Assembly (NCBI GenBank): GCA_964595565.1
Contig: CAZQQX010000006.1
Location: 2,817 to 66,816, forward strand
DNA: 64,000 nt
Direction of reading: 5' to 3'
Source: an uncultured Actinomycetota bacterium
GTDB lineage: Bacteria; Actinomycetota; Humimicrobiia; Humimicrobiales; Humimicrobiaceae
In this document: piece after piece, positions 9,747 through 20,223 of the stretch
Layout: each line of letters begins with the position of its first letter
Numbering within the stretch: the stretch's first letter is position 1
The notes under the pieces: generated by a model
Told to the model about the DNA's origin: nothing
The model's database searches: none
What the model saw: only the letters and a program-made list of their open reading frames with translations
Made by a program: the position numbers and the translations under genes

Positions 9747-10099
9747 TGGTGGAGGCGGCGGGAATCGAACCCGCGTCCGGAGATATCGCCACTTAAATAT
9801 CTACAAGTTTAGTCCATATTTTAAATCTCACTTTTTTACTCGTGTGAACACGATTAAACAAGCCAGCCCGCGTAATGTTTCCCCTGATACTACCGCAGGC
9901 GAACTATATCAGAGTATCCTGCTAAACGGCGCCTATCGAAAAGCACAGGAAACTTTCCGTAGACGTAGCAACTTTATATTAAGCTGCTAAGGCTAATTCA
10001 TTATCATTAGCGTTTATGTTTATTTCAGTTATTTACGAGTTCTGATACTCGACTTGCAATTTAAGCTCAACCTATCACCGTCGAACCCGGATCGCCCCC
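9747..10099 (-). ncRNA. ssrA: tmRNA (transfer-messenger RNA, ssrA)
   Basis: The minus strand reads 5'-GGGGGCGATCCGGGTTCGACGG...GGACGCGGGTTCGATTCCCGCCGCCTCCACCA-3'. The acceptor stem GGGGGCG/CGCCUCC pairs, a T-arm is present, and an internal tag ORF GCT AAT GAT AAT GAA TTA GCC TTA GCA GCT TAA gives ANDNELALAA. Confidence 0.9.
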
Positions 10100-10151
10100 A
10101 TAAACTCAGGGAAGGCATCCTTCTAAACACCGGTTGTATATTATACTAAAA

Positions 10152-10634
10152 TTAATAATTTTTCAAAGCCCTTTTTATTTCAATCTCCTGCTCTTTTTTC
10201 TGTATATCCCTGCGCTTATCTCTTTTTAACTTTCCTTTGACCAGAGCAAGCTCAACTTTGACCCTGTTTTTCTTAAAATATACTTTTAACGGAACCAGTG
10301 TCAGGCTTCTGTCAGTTAACTTTCCTTCTATTCTGTCAATTTCTTTTCTGTGCATGAGAAGTCTTCTCGTACGGGTGGGGTCTATTTCCGATACCCTGCT
10401 TTTATCATAAGGTGATATATGCATATTATAAAGAAATAACTGGTTTTTTTTTATCCGGCTATAACTATCCTTTAGATTTATCCTATGATTACGAATGGAT
10501 TTTACCTCACATCCCTGCAGTTCTATCCCGGCTTCGTAAGTATCTAAAATAAAAAAATCCCTTAAGGCTTTTTTATTTTGAGCAATTATTTTCTTATCTT
10601 CTTCAGAATCTTTTTTCTTTTTTGGTTTACTCAT
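10152..10634 (-). CDS. smpB: SsrA-binding protein
   Basis: Full-length SmpB similarity (GIELQGCEVKSIR...LLMHRKEI) with a basic C-terminal tail; immediately upstream of ssrA. Confidence 0.9.
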   Translation of the reverse strand: MSKPKKKKDSEEDKKIIAQNKKALRDFFILDTYEAGIELQGCEVKSIRNHRINLKDSYSRIKKNQLFLYNMHISPYDKSRVSEIDPTRTRRLLMHRKEIDRIEGKLTDRSLTLVPLKVYFKKNRVKVELALVKGKLKRDKRRDIQKKEQEIEIKRALKNY

Positions 10635-11881
10635 TTATTATCACTTAATATAAGTTCCATCTCTTCTATGGCTCTATTTAACTGGATATCTTCCCCGGCA
10701 TCCAGTTCAAGCTCTATCACTATATCGGGCCTTATTCCCACCCCTTCAACTGAAACTCCGGATGGTAAAAAATATTCAGCGGTGGTAAATTTAACCCCCG
10801 AACCATCCGAAAGCTCATAAAGCGCCTGTACCAGACCTTTACCAAAGCTCCTCTCCCCTACCAGAACAGCCCTGTCGTTATCCTTTAACGCTCCTGCAAC
10901 GAGCTCTGAAGCACTTGCCGAGTAACCATTGATTAATACCACCATGGGTATTTCAGTATATTTTCCTTCACGCGCAAAGAATTCTTCTGACCTTTCTTCA
11001 TTATCCAATCTTCCCTTAACTGTAACAATCTTACCTTCATTTAAAAATAAATCACAAACGCTAACAGCGTCATCCCATGCGCCACCCGGATTATTTCTTA
11101 AATCCAGTATCAGGCCCCTGGCACCACTGTCAATTAATCTCTGTATCTCTTTATCAAGCTGTTCTACCCCGCTTATCTGAAAATCATAATACCAGACATA
11201 GCCTATTTCCTGTTCATAAATATCAGTTATTAAATTCGGAATATCAAACTTTGCTCTGGTAACAGTTACTAAAAAAGTACTGTCATCAGAAGGCCTGTAA
11301 ATAGTAAGATTGACATCGGTACCCTCTTTACCTTTAATCATAGCCACTATTTTTTCAAGGTCCATATCTTTTATATCCACACCTTCAACTCTGGTTATGA
11401 TATCTCCTTCCCTTATATCTGACGCATAAGCCGGGGTACCTTCAATCACTCTTACAACCACCACTCTTTCTTCATCATCAAGGGTGACTACAACGCCTAT
11501 TCCACTCATAGTCCCGCTATATGATTCCATAATTTTTTCATATTCTTCATCTGTAAAATATTCTGCATAATCGTCGCCGAGAGACAAAAGCATACCTTCA
11601 ATAGCCGCCTGGAGCAGGGCTTCCTCGCTTTCTTCTTTCATAGAATTACCCAGAATCAGTCCCATGACTTCCTCAATAGTATCCCTGCGATACTGACTGT
11701 CTGCTTCATCCAGATTGCTGTCTGGAACGTCGCTATCGTAATCCTCTCCGCTAATATTACTCTGCCATTTCTTAAGGTAATCCTTCAAAAAATCAAAACT
11801 AACTCCCGTCCATACCCCGGCAGAAAATACAAATATAATTACGACTATTGAAACTATCACCCTCAAAACATTTTTCTTCAT
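10631..11881 (-). CDS. ctpA: S41-family C-terminal processing peptidase
   Basis: PDZ region followed by LILDLRNNPGG...S-K catalytic region; N-terminal TM anchor. Confidence 0.85.
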   Translation of the reverse strand: MKKNVLRVIVSIVVIIFVFSAGVWTGVSFDFLKDYLKKWQSNISGEDYDSDVPDSNLDEADSQYRRDTIEEVMGLILGNSMKEESEEALLQAAIEGMLLSLGDDYAEYFTDEEYEKIMESYSGTMSGIGVVVTLDDEERVVVVRVIEGTPAYASDIREGDIITRVEGVDIKDMDLEKIVAMIKGKEGTDVNLTIYRPSDDSTFLVTVTRAKFDIPNLITDIYEQEIGYVWYYDFQISGVEQLDKEIQRLIDSGARGLILDLRNNPGGAWDDAVSVCDLFLNEGKIVTVKGRLDNEERSEEFFAREGKYTEIPMVVLINGYSASASELVAGALKDNDRAVLVGERSFGKGLVQALYELSDGSGVKFTTAEYFLPSGVSVEGVGIRPDIVIELELDAGEDIQLNRAIEEMELILSDNK

Positions 11882-11921
11882 TTAAATATCACCCTGTAAA
11901 TTATCTTAAATATTCAGGCTA

Positions 11922-13100
11922 TCATTGTAAATAAGCAAGCGGGTTCTGCGCAGCCCCGTTTATCCTGACCTCAAAATGAAGGTGCGGTCCTGTGCTCCAG
12001 CCGGTGGAGCCAACCAGCCCTATTACCTGCCCTCTTTCAACAAACTGACCTACTGAAACACGGATGCTGGAGAGATGAGCATACCAGGTGGCAAAACCTC
12101 CCCCGTGATAAACCATAATAGAATAACCATACCCACCGAAATAACCGGCCTGGACAACCTGGCCACCATCTGCCGCCTTTATCAGCGTTCCGTAGGGAGC
12201 CGCTATATCAATACCTGAATGAAACCTCCATACTCCGAATATAGGATGGATCCTGTTGCCAAAACCCGATGTTATCCTGCCTGCCACGGGCCACATAAAT
12301 TTACCGGAGGGTGCGGAACCATATTTATAGCTCTCAAGAATTCTTTTAACCTCTGCTTCCTTAATCTCAAGTTCTTTCTCCATCCGTATCAGAGCATTTT
12401 TATTGGCAGTGGTCTTTGAGAGCAGGCTCTTTTTTTCGCCGTACAGGTCCTCAATTTCGCTGGTTTTCTGTTCGGCTTCTGCTACCAGCTTTTCAACTTT
12501 TTCCTGGTATTCTTTCTGCTTCTCCCTCAAATCAATTATGGATTTTTTTATCCCTATAGTTGCATCCCTTTTCTCCTTTATTGAAATAACAGTTCTGGCA
12601 TCCTGCTCGGCAAAAAGGTTCATGATTTTTAATTTTGATATAAAGTCAAGAAAATCTTCTGCATTAAGTATAATCTCAAGTACATTGCCCTTCCCGTTCT
12701 TGTAAATAGCTGCAACCCTTTCATTTAGCACCTTTACTTTCTCTTCAAGTTCATCTTCTATCCGGTTTAATTCTTCCTCTTTTAGAATCATTTCTATAGT
12801 GGTTTTGTCAACTTCACTTTTTGCATGGGATAATTCACTGTTAAGGTCTTCAAGTTCCGAAAGCGCCCCGAGCAGATTCTCTTCCACCTGTTGCACTTCA
12901 TTTCTATACTGTGCCTCTGTCTTTTTTACCTCTTCAATTTTTTCCTGGGTTTGTTTTCTTTCTTCCTGTATTTGCTCCAGTTCTTCCTCAAGGGTCTGGG
13001 CATAAACAGGTTCGGGCATGGAAAAAGATAAAAAAGTGAAACTGGTGAGTGTTATAATTATTACTATGAATATTGCTATAATATTTTTACTTTTAACCAT
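11922..13100 (-). CDS. M23-family peptidoglycan endopeptidase with N-terminal coiled coil (EnvC/PcsB-like)
   Basis: Signal/TM anchor, a long coiled-coil region, and a C-terminal M23 domain (HSGIDIAAP...GSTGWSTGPHLHFE). Confidence 0.8.
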   Translation of the reverse strand: MVKSKNIIAIFIVIIITLTSFTFLSFSMPEPVYAQTLEEELEQIQEERKQTQEKIEEVKKTEAQYRNEVQQVEENLLGALSELEDLNSELSHAKSEVDKTTIEMILKEEELNRIEDELEEKVKVLNERVAAIYKNGKGNVLEIILNAEDFLDFISKLKIMNLFAEQDARTVISIKEKRDATIGIKKSIIDLREKQKEYQEKVEKLVAEAEQKTSEIEDLYGEKKSLLSKTTANKNALIRMEKELEIKEAEVKRILESYKYGSAPSGKFMWPVAGRITSGFGNRIHPIFGVWRFHSGIDIAAPYGTLIKAADGGQVVQAGYFGGYGYSIMVYHGGGFATWYAHLSSIRVSVGQFVERGQVIGLVGSTGWSTGPHLHFEVRINGAAQNPLAYLQ

Positions 13101-13175
13101 CGTTCTATTTCATTTTTTATTGCAATTATTTTAATACTAATTGTTAAAAATTTAAAACTTCTAATTTTTAAGGTA

Positions 13176-14084
13176 CTAAGTTTTAACATATCTTCTTAAG
13201 GCAATGCCGCTGCTTACAATACCGATGAGTCCGCCCAGTATCGCTATCCCGATATAAACATAAAATATAACATTACCGCTGCCAATTATTGACAGTTCTT
13301 TGATGTGCATGGTATCAGCAATTATTCTCTCGGCCTTAATTAACAGGAAATTGCTGATAAAATACATAAGTATAATTGAGATAATACTTCCGGTAAATCC
13401 TTCAAAAAATCCTTCAAACAGGAAAGGTATTCTTACAAACCAGTTAGTGGCGCCCACAAGCTTCATAACTTCTATTTCCTTCCGGCGTGCATAAATAGAG
13501 AGTCTTATGGTATTAAATATTAAAACGATAGCTGCCAGCAGCAGCACCAATATTATAAGCAATGCTATGGTGCCAATAATTGCAGTAATAGAAAAAAGCT
13601 TATTAACATATTCTTTTCCATATATTACGTCATTAATTCCATCTATGAAATTTCCATCTTTATCATAAAAACGGAGTGCCACCCGGTCAATTTTTTCAGG
13701 GCTTTTCAATGCTATCTCAAAAGATGCCGGAAGAGGATTGCCTTCTATTTCTTTAAGGATATCACTTCCCTCGTTCTGCTGTCTGAATCTTTCAAGTGCC
13801 TGGTCCTTGGATACATAATTTACAGAACCAGTCTCTTCCCAGCTTAATATCTCCTGCTGGATAAAATCTTTTAATTCTTCGGAAATATCATCTTCAAGAT
13901 ATACAGCCAGCTCAACATCGCTTTCAACTGACTTTATGATGCCCTGTACGTCATAAACTATCAGTGAAAAAAGCCCCACTATAAATAAAGTAATAGCTAC
14001 GGTAGTAATAGCTGTGAATCCCATAAAAAAGTTGCGTCTGAGGCTGATAAAAGTTTCACTAAAAAAATATTTTGGTTTTACCAT
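13176..14084 (-). CDS. ftsX: cell-division permease FtsX
   Basis: FtsX topology with a large extracellular loop and C-terminal TM bundle; directly downstream of ftsE. Confidence 0.85.
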   Translation of the reverse strand: MVKPKYFFSETFISLRRNFFMGFTAITTVAITLFIVGLFSLIVYDVQGIIKSVESDVELAVYLEDDISEELKDFIQQEILSWEETGSVNYVSKDQALERFRQQNEGSDILKEIEGNPLPASFEIALKSPEKIDRVALRFYDKDGNFIDGINDVIYGKEYVNKLFSITAIIGTIALLIILVLLLAAIVLIFNTIRLSIYARRKEIEVMKLVGATNWFVRIPFLFEGFFEGFTGSIISIILMYFISNFLLIKAERIIADTMHIKELSIIGSGNVIFYVYIGIAILGGLIGIVSSGIALRRYVKT

Positions 14085-14770
14085 CAGTCTCCGTATACCC
14101 CTCTCTTCTGGTCCCTTATTATCTCTCCTTCTTCCAGCTCCACAACTCTTCTCCTCATTGAATTTACAATATTCCTATCATGCGTAGCCATGAGCACGGT
14201 AGTGCCAATAAGATTTATCCGGGAAAGTATCTTCATAATTCCCTCGGATGTCGTGGGGTCAAGATTCCCGGTTGGTTCATCAGCAAGAAGTATGGGCGGT
14301 CTGTTAACAAATGCTCTCGCAATTGAGACCCTCTGCTGCTCGCCGCCTGACAGCTGATGGGGATATGAATTTAATTTGTTATGCAGGCCCACCAGCTTTA
14401 GAACCTGCGGTACCTGAATTTTTATTTCATAACCCGGTTTTCCTATTACTTCAAGAGCGAATGCCACATTTTCAAAAATAGTTCTGTTCGGCAGAAGTTT
14501 AAAATCCTGAAAAACACATCCTACATTTCTTCTCAGCTGAGGAATTCTCCCGGGTTTCAGGTTGCATATATTTCTCCCTGCAATAAATATGCTTCCGCTG
14601 CTTTCGTTAATTTCTTTTATAATCAATTTTATAAAGGTGGATTTACCGGAACCGCTCGGTCCCACCAGAAAGAGGAATTCACCTTTCTTCATAACCAGAT
14701 TAATATTTTTTAGGGCAACTGTATTATCCTCATATATTTTACTAACATTTTTAAATTCAATCATATTCAA
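14084..14770 (-). CDS. ftsE: cell-division ATP-binding protein FtsE
   Basis: ABC ATPase with Walker A GPSGSGKST, LSGGEQQR signature and Walker B LLADEPTGNLD. Confidence 0.9.
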   Translation of the reverse strand: MNMIEFKNVSKIYEDNTVALKNINLVMKKGEFLFLVGPSGSGKSTFIKLIIKEINESSGSIFIAGRNICNLKPGRIPQLRRNVGCVFQDFKLLPNRTIFENVAFALEVIGKPGYEIKIQVPQVLKLVGLHNKLNSYPHQLSGGEQQRVSIARAFVNRPPILLADEPTGNLDPTTSEGIMKILSRINLIGTTVLMATHDRNIVNSMRRRVVELEEGEIIRDQKRGVYGD

Positions 14771-14813
14771 CTGTAGCTACCTCTCCCAGTCATCCTGATT
14801 TTTAATAGAGAGT

Positions 14814-15918
14814 TTACGCTTTGTATAATTTTTTTTCAAGAAAACCCCTGATTAATAAATCTATATCTCCATCCAGCACCGACTGGACGTCGCCAATTTC
14901 AATTCCGGTTCGGTGGTCCTTGATTAACTGATAGGGCTGGAGGGTGTAACTCCTTATCTGGTTACCCCATCCAATATCTTTCTTTTCTCCCCTTAGATTA
15001 TTAATTTCTTCAATTTTTTTCTCTCTCTCAAGCTCGAATAATTTTGACCTTAAAATCTGGACGGCAGTCTGCCTGTTAAGTATCTGCGACCTCTCATTCT
15101 GGCACTGAACAACTATGTTTGTTGACAGGTGAGTAATCCTTACCGCTGAATCTGTTACATTGACATGCTGGCCGCCCGCACTGCTTGATTTAAAGGTTTC
15201 TACTTTTAAATCCTCCTTATTTAATTTTACGTCAATATCCTTATTCACTAACGGCACTACATCCACGGAAGCAAAAGAAGTATGCCTTCGCCGGGATGAA
15301 TCAAAGGGTGAGATTCTAACCAGCCTGTGAATTCCTTTCTCCGACTTTAGCAAACCATAAGCATTCTTACCGGTAACAGTAAAAGTTACATTTTTTATTC
15401 CTGCTTCCTCACCGCTCTGGTAATCATTAATACTGTGCGAGAATCCCTTTTTATCAATCCAGCGCCTGTACATACGAAGTAACATCTCTGCCCAGTCCTG
15501 TGATTCCGTCCCCCCTGCGCCGGGATGAATGGTTACCACCGCAGGGTATGAATCGTATTTATCATTTAAAACCAGGCTCTCTTCCAGGTCAGCCAGCAGT
15601 TTCTCAATATCATCCAGAGTTTCTTCTAATTCTTTCTCCAGGCTGCTATCTTCTTCGCTTACAAGAATTTCCAGTGCCAGTTCTGCATTTCCTATTTTTT
15701 CTTCCAGGTCCTCAATTTTAGCTACTACTTCCTTGATTTCAGAAATTTCCCTGGTTATAGCCTGTGCTTTTGTATTGTCATCCCAGAAATTCTCCGATAG
15801 GGCTGCCTTCTGAAGTTCTTTTAACCTGACATTTTTTTTATCCAGTTCAAAGACAGTTCTTTAAAAAAACCAGCTTTTTAAGTATTTTATCTAATCTAAG
15901 TCTGCTATCCTCTATCAT
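14814..15918 (-). CDS. prfB: peptide chain release factor 2, requiring a +1 programmed ribosomal frameshift
   Basis: Frame 0 runs ATG 15918 (SD GGAGG) ... MIEDSRLRLDKILKKLVFLKNCL then CTT TGA at 15852-15847. The +1 frame continues ELDKKNVRLKELQKAALSENFWDD ... GGQHVNVTDSAVRITH (GGQ motif) to the stop at 14814, for about 367 aa in total. The ORF track shows only the N-truncated 14814..15539 piece. Confidence 0.85.
15847..15852 (-). other. prfB autoregulatory +1 frameshift site (CUU UGA A)
   Basis: In-frame UGA at codon 24 preceded by a CUU slippery Leu codon, exactly as in the canonical RF2 recoding site. Confidence 0.8.
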
Positions 15919-16018
15919 TAAAACCTCCGTTTACCTTTACATAATTTTGTACTTTTTTATATATATTTACATATTAATTTAAACTTATTTGTTTTTTAAA
16001 CTGTATATTTTATTTATA

Positions 16019-18580
16019 TTACGTTACATACCTTCCGCAACAATTTTTATATTTTTTACCGCTCCCGCAGGGGCAGGGGTCATTGCGGCCTATTTTCTTT
16101 TTCCTGGTTACCGTGCCAGCCTGCCTGGTGCTGGCACCGGTTTTTGACGGCCCGCTTGCAGTTAAATTAGCCACCCCGACAGGTTTTTCAACCCCCATTT
16201 TCTCCTGCTCCTCTTTTTTAACCACCCTGACATTATATAATAACCTTACAGTATCAAACTTTATCTCATCTATAAGCTCCCTGAATAAATTAAATGCTTC
16301 CCTCCTGTATTCAACCAGGGGGTCCCTCTGCCCGATGGCCCTGAGCCCGATACCCTCTTTTAAATAGTCCATCTCCAGAAGGTGCCCTCTCCACATACTA
16401 TCAATAACATTCAGGCTGATTATTTTTTCCAGTCTTCTCATAACATCAGGTGTATATTTCATTTCTCTCTCATCGTAAATTTTATAAGCTTTTTCTACCA
16501 GCTTTTCTTTTAGAGTTCCGGGATTCCATTTACAGCCACTTATTTTATCCCGGTTTATGACATCACTTATAATATCTCCTGAAAACAAAGGGCTCATTTG
16601 ACTGGAAAGAGTGTCCAGGTCCCATTTTTCAGGATAATCTGAAGGATTTATAGTGGTATCAACACTTTTTTCTATTACATCTTTAATTGTATCAAGAATA
16701 ATTTCTTTCAGGTCATCCCTCTCAAGAATATTTTTTCTCTTAGTATAAATTATTTCCCTCTGCTTATTCATAACATCATCATACTCAAGCACATGCTTCC
16801 TTATCTCAAAGTTCCTTGATTCTACCTGCCTCTGGGCATTTTCAATAGACCTCGTAATCATAGCGTTCTGGATAGGTAAATCATCAGGAAAATTAAAAGC
16901 TTCCATTACTTTATAGATTCTTTCGGAGCCGAAAAGCCTCAGTAAATCATCCCCGGTGCTTAAATAAAACTGGCTTGAACCATTATCCCCCTGACGGCCG
17001 CTTCTACCCCTGAGCTGATTATCAATCCTTCTGCTCTCGTGCCTTTCAGTTCCAAGCACATGCAGACCCCCGAGCTCAACCACTCCTCCCCCGAGCACTA
17101 TATCAGTTCCTCTCCCGGCCATATTTGTAGCAATGGTCACTGCTTTATTTTGTCCTGCCCTGGCAATAATCTCTGCTTCTTTCTCGTGATATCTGGCATT
17201 TAAAACCTCGTGGGGCACACCCCTTCTTTTTAACATACTGCTTAATCTCTCCGATTTCTCAATTGATATGGTCCCCACCAGAACAGGCTGGCCCTTTTCA
17301 TATCTGGAAACTATATCTTCAACTACTTTATTAAATTTAATTTCTTCGGTCTTATAAATCAAATCGGGAAGGTCCTTTCTTATCATTGGCCTGTTGGTAG
17401 GTATAACCACGGTCTCAAGATTATAGATGTGCCTGAACTCCTCAGCTTCTGTCAGCGCGGTGCCTGTCATTCCTGCCAGCTTCTCGTACATTCTAAAATA
17501 ATTTTGAATTGTAATTGTGGCAAGGGTTTGATTTTCATCTCTTATCTTCACCCTTTCTTTTGCTTCTATCGCCTGGTGCAGTCCCTCGCTGTATCTCCTT
17601 CCGGGCATGAGCCTGCCCGTAAATTCATCAACAATGACAACCTGGTTATCCTTTATCATGTAATCTACATCTCTTTTAAAAAGGTAATAAGCTTTAAGAG
17701 ATTGGTTTAAGGCATGTATATATAAATAATTAGACGGGCTGTATAAATTTTCAATATTAAGTATTCTCTCTACCCTTTCCACTCCATTTTCGGTAACAGC
17801 CGCCGTTTTTGCTTTTTCATCAATTTCAAAATCTTCGTTTATCTTCAGTTGAGGAACTATATACGCAAATTTTTTAAAAATATCCGTGGTCCCCTGGGCA
17901 ACTCCGGAAATTATAAGGGGGGTTCTCGCCTCGTCTATTAAGATACTGTCTACTTCATCAATAATTGCGTACCAGTGGCCGTTCTGCACCATATCCTCTT
18001 TACTCATTACCATATTATCCCTCAGGTAATCAAAACCGAACTCATTGTTAGTCCCATATACCACATCAGATCGGTACTGCTGCTTTTTTTCAAAAGCCTG
18101 CATGCCATGCTGAATAAGCCCCACCTTTAGACCCAGAAATTTATAAATTCCACCCATCCATTCACTATCTCTCCTTGCCAGGTAATCATTTACGGTAACC
18201 AGATGGGTACTTTTACCTGTAAAGGAATTTAAATACACGGGCAGGGTTGCTACCAGAGTCTTTCCTTCGCCCGTTCTCATTTCAGCAATTTTACCTTCAA
18301 AGAGAACTATCCCACCCATTACCTGCACATCAAAATGCCTCATATTGAGAGTCCTTTTTGCCACCTCTCTGACCACCGCAAATGCTTCGGGCATTAATTC
18401 TTCGCATGTTCCGCCATTTTCATATCTCTGCTTAAATTCTGATGTCTTTTCTGCCAGCCTGCTATCCGGCAGAGAACTAATATCTTTTTCAAGATTATTT
18501 ACAGCATTTATTATTTCACTATATTTTTTTACTCTCTTGCCCTCACCAAATTTAAGTATATTAGCCATTTTTTCAAACAT
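16019..18580 (-). CDS. secA: preprotein translocase ATPase SecA
   Basis: 853 aa with DEAD-like motor motifs and a C-terminal zinc-binding [14 protein letters not shown] tail. Confidence 0.95.
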   Translation of the reverse strand: MFEKMANILKFGEGKRVKKYSEIINAVNNLEKDISSLPDSRLAEKTSEFKQRYENGGTCEELMPEAFAVVREVAKRTLNMRHFDVQVMGGIVLFEGKIAEMRTGEGKTLVATLPVYLNSFTGKSTHLVTVNDYLARRDSEWMGGIYKFLGLKVGLIQHGMQAFEKKQQYRSDVVYGTNNEFGFDYLRDNMVMSKEDMVQNGHWYAIIDEVDSILIDEARTPLIISGVAQGTTDIFKKFAYIVPQLKINEDFEIDEKAKTAAVTENGVERVERILNIENLYSPSNYLYIHALNQSLKAYYLFKRDVDYMIKDNQVVIVDEFTGRLMPGRRYSEGLHQAIEAKERVKIRDENQTLATITIQNYFRMYEKLAGMTGTALTEAEEFRHIYNLETVVIPTNRPMIRKDLPDLIYKTEEIKFNKVVEDIVSRYEKGQPVLVGTISIEKSERLSSMLKRRGVPHEVLNARYHEKEAEIIARAGQNKAVTIATNMAGRGTDIVLGGGVVELGGLHVLGTERHESRRIDNQLRGRSGRQGDNGSSQFYLSTGDDLLRLFGSERIYKVMEAFNFPDDLPIQNAMITRSIENAQRQVESRNFEIRKHVLEYDDVMNKQREIIYTKRKNILERDDLKEIILDTIKDVIEKSVDTTINPSDYPEKWDLDTLSSQMSPLFSGDIISDVINRDKISGCKWNPGTLKEKLVEKAYKIYDEREMKYTPDVMRRLEKIISLNVIDSMWRGHLLEMDYLKEGIGLRAIGQRDPLVEYRREAFNLFRELIDEIKFDTVRLLYNVRVVKKEEQEKMGVEKPVGVANLTASGPSKTGASTRQAGTVTRKKKIGRNDPCPCGSGKKYKNCCGRYVT

Positions 18581-18629
18581 ATGCTGTCACCCTTTATTTA
18601 TTTAACCGGGTTAATCAATTATATAAAAA

Positions 18630-19196
18630 TTATATAGAAGGTTCTATTAAACCATAATTCTTATCTTTCCTGCGGTACACAACCGCCGTTCGTTCGGTTT
18701 CAGAATTAATAAAAACAAAAAAATCATGCCCCAGCATCTCCATCTGCAGTACCGCCTCTTCAGGAGGTATCGGTTTCAAAGCAAAAGTTTTTGTCTTTAC
18801 TATTGATTTTCTAATTTTATCCTCGGTGTCTCCGATTTTTCGATCAATTTTTTCTACCTCACCGGCTTCTTTCCTGGCGTTACTTTTCCTGGCTTTATCT
18901 ACCAGCTTGTCTTTATACTTCTTTATTAACCTCTCCAGCTTATTATTAACTTTATCTACCGCCTCAAAAACATCTCCTCCGGAGTCAGTGGCTCTTATAA
19001 CCGAACCTGAAGTAAATACAGTAACTTCTGCCACATTATTTAAATTAATCCTCGGATTTTTCTCAAATATAAATTTTACTTCAAGTTTTATTACCTTATC
19101 CAGAATCTTATCTATTTTATTTTTTATCTTTTTTTCTGTATAGCTTTTTATCTTATCATCCAGCTCTATATTTCTACTTCTAATTATAAAATCCAC
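18630..19196 (-). CDS. hpf: ribosome hibernation-promoting factor (long form)
   Basis: N-terminal RaiA/YfiA domain plus a C-terminal dimerisation domain (LGHDFFVF...AVVYRR). Confidence 0.85.
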   Translation of the reverse strand: MDFIIRSRNIELDDKIKSYTEKKIKNKIDKILDKVIKLEVKFIFEKNPRINLNNVAEVTVFTSGSVIRATDSGGDVFEAVDKVNNKLERLIKKYKDKLVDKARKSNARKEAGEVEKIDRKIGDTEDKIRKSIVKTKTFALKPIPPEEAVLQMEMLGHDFFVFINSETERTAVVYRRKDKNYGLIEPSI

Positions 19197-19276
19197 AATA
19201 TCTACCTCCTCTTTTATAGATTAAACAAACAATTTAAAAAACATATAATAGCATACCTTATCCAGTAATAAATAAA

Positions 19277-19498
19277 TCACTTTACTATAACTACCTTTCT
19301 GGCAATATTACCCCTGTCGTCCCTGTCCAGTTCAAACTTTACTTTCTGGCCTCTTTCTAAAACCTTAAAACCTTTCATTCGTATGGCAGGGTATTCAACA
19401 AAAACATCCCCCGGTTCCTTCAGCTCCGGCTCTATAAATCCAAAACCATTTTCCGGGCTGAACCATTTTACCGTTCCTTTTAACACTGAACGCTTCAC
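19277..19498 (-). CDS. cold-shock domain protein
   Basis: [15 protein letters not shown]...DVFVEY RNP motifs of the CspA family. Confidence 0.85.
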   Translation of the reverse strand: MKRSVLKGTVKWFSPENGFGFIEPELKEPGDVFVEYPAIRMKGFKVLERGQKVKFELDRDDRGNIARKVVIVK

Positions 19499-20223
19499 TA
19501 TGCACCCCTTGCCAGAGTCAATAAATAAATCTTATCAGCACCGGCTTTTTTTAATATATCGGCAATCTCCATCAACGTACTTCCTGTTGTCCAGACATCA
19601 TCCACCACAAGAATATTTTTCCCGTAATAAAGAAGACAATTTTTAATTTTAAAAGCCTGTTTTATATTATTTTTTCTCTGTATCAAATTTAAGCCCTGCT
19701 GTTTTAAAACTTTTTTTATTCTTATTATATTACCAGCAAATGGGATTTTAATTAACTTTGAAAACGATTCACAGAGAACTTCCATATGCTCCCCGGGAAC
19801 CGACTCTATATAGTCAATTTTCTCATATTTATAATTTCTTTCATAAGCACGCTTGAGTAACATTCCAATAATCCCCTTCAGGGCATATATTTTATTGTAC
19901 TTATATTTTTTTATTATCTTTTTTATTTCCCCTCTGTATATGGTAAAGCTCCTGTGCATGAAAAAATTAAAGCCCTCATTTTTACTTAAATTACATTTCA
20001 AACTACCCGGTGCGTTTCCATTTAATTTATTTCCTGGTAGTGGTCTGCCGCAATAAATGCATATGTTGTCTTTGATTTCTTTAATTCTGGATAAGCATTC
20101 GCAGCACAGGAATTCAGGACTGACCCTTCCGCATACTGCGCACAATGGCGGTGCAATAATATCTTTAAAGATATCCAATAAATTTTTATTAATCTTCTTC
20201 GGAATTTTTCTTATCAATATCAA
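19498..20223 (-). CDS. comFC: ComF-family protein (double zinc-ribbon plus phosphoribosyltransferase domain)
   Basis: N-terminal CxxC...CxxC pairs and a C-terminal PRTase motif [14 protein letters not shown]. Confidence 0.75.
   Translation of the reverse strand: MILIRKIPKKINKNLLDIFKDIIAPPLCAVCGRVSPEFLCCECLSRIKEIKDNICIYCGRPLPGNKLNGNAPGSLKCNLSKNEGFNFFMHRSFTIYRGEIKKIIKKYKYNKIYALKGIIGMLLKRAYERNYKYEKIDYIESVPGEHMEVLCESFSKLIKIPFAGNIIRIKKVLKQQGLNLIQRKNNIKQAFKIKNCLLYYGKNILVVDDVWTTGSTLMEIADILKKAGADKIYLLTLARGA

Noticed and set aside
9589-9792. 67-aa minus-strand ORF
   Set aside because: Overlaps the tRNA-like 3' domain of the tmRNA; an RNA gene, not coding
14814-15539. prfB as an N-terminally truncated gene or pseudogene
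   Set aside because: The upstream region in the -1 register encodes a 23-aa RF2 N-terminus ending in CTT TGA, which is the canonical programmed +1 frameshift and not a disruption
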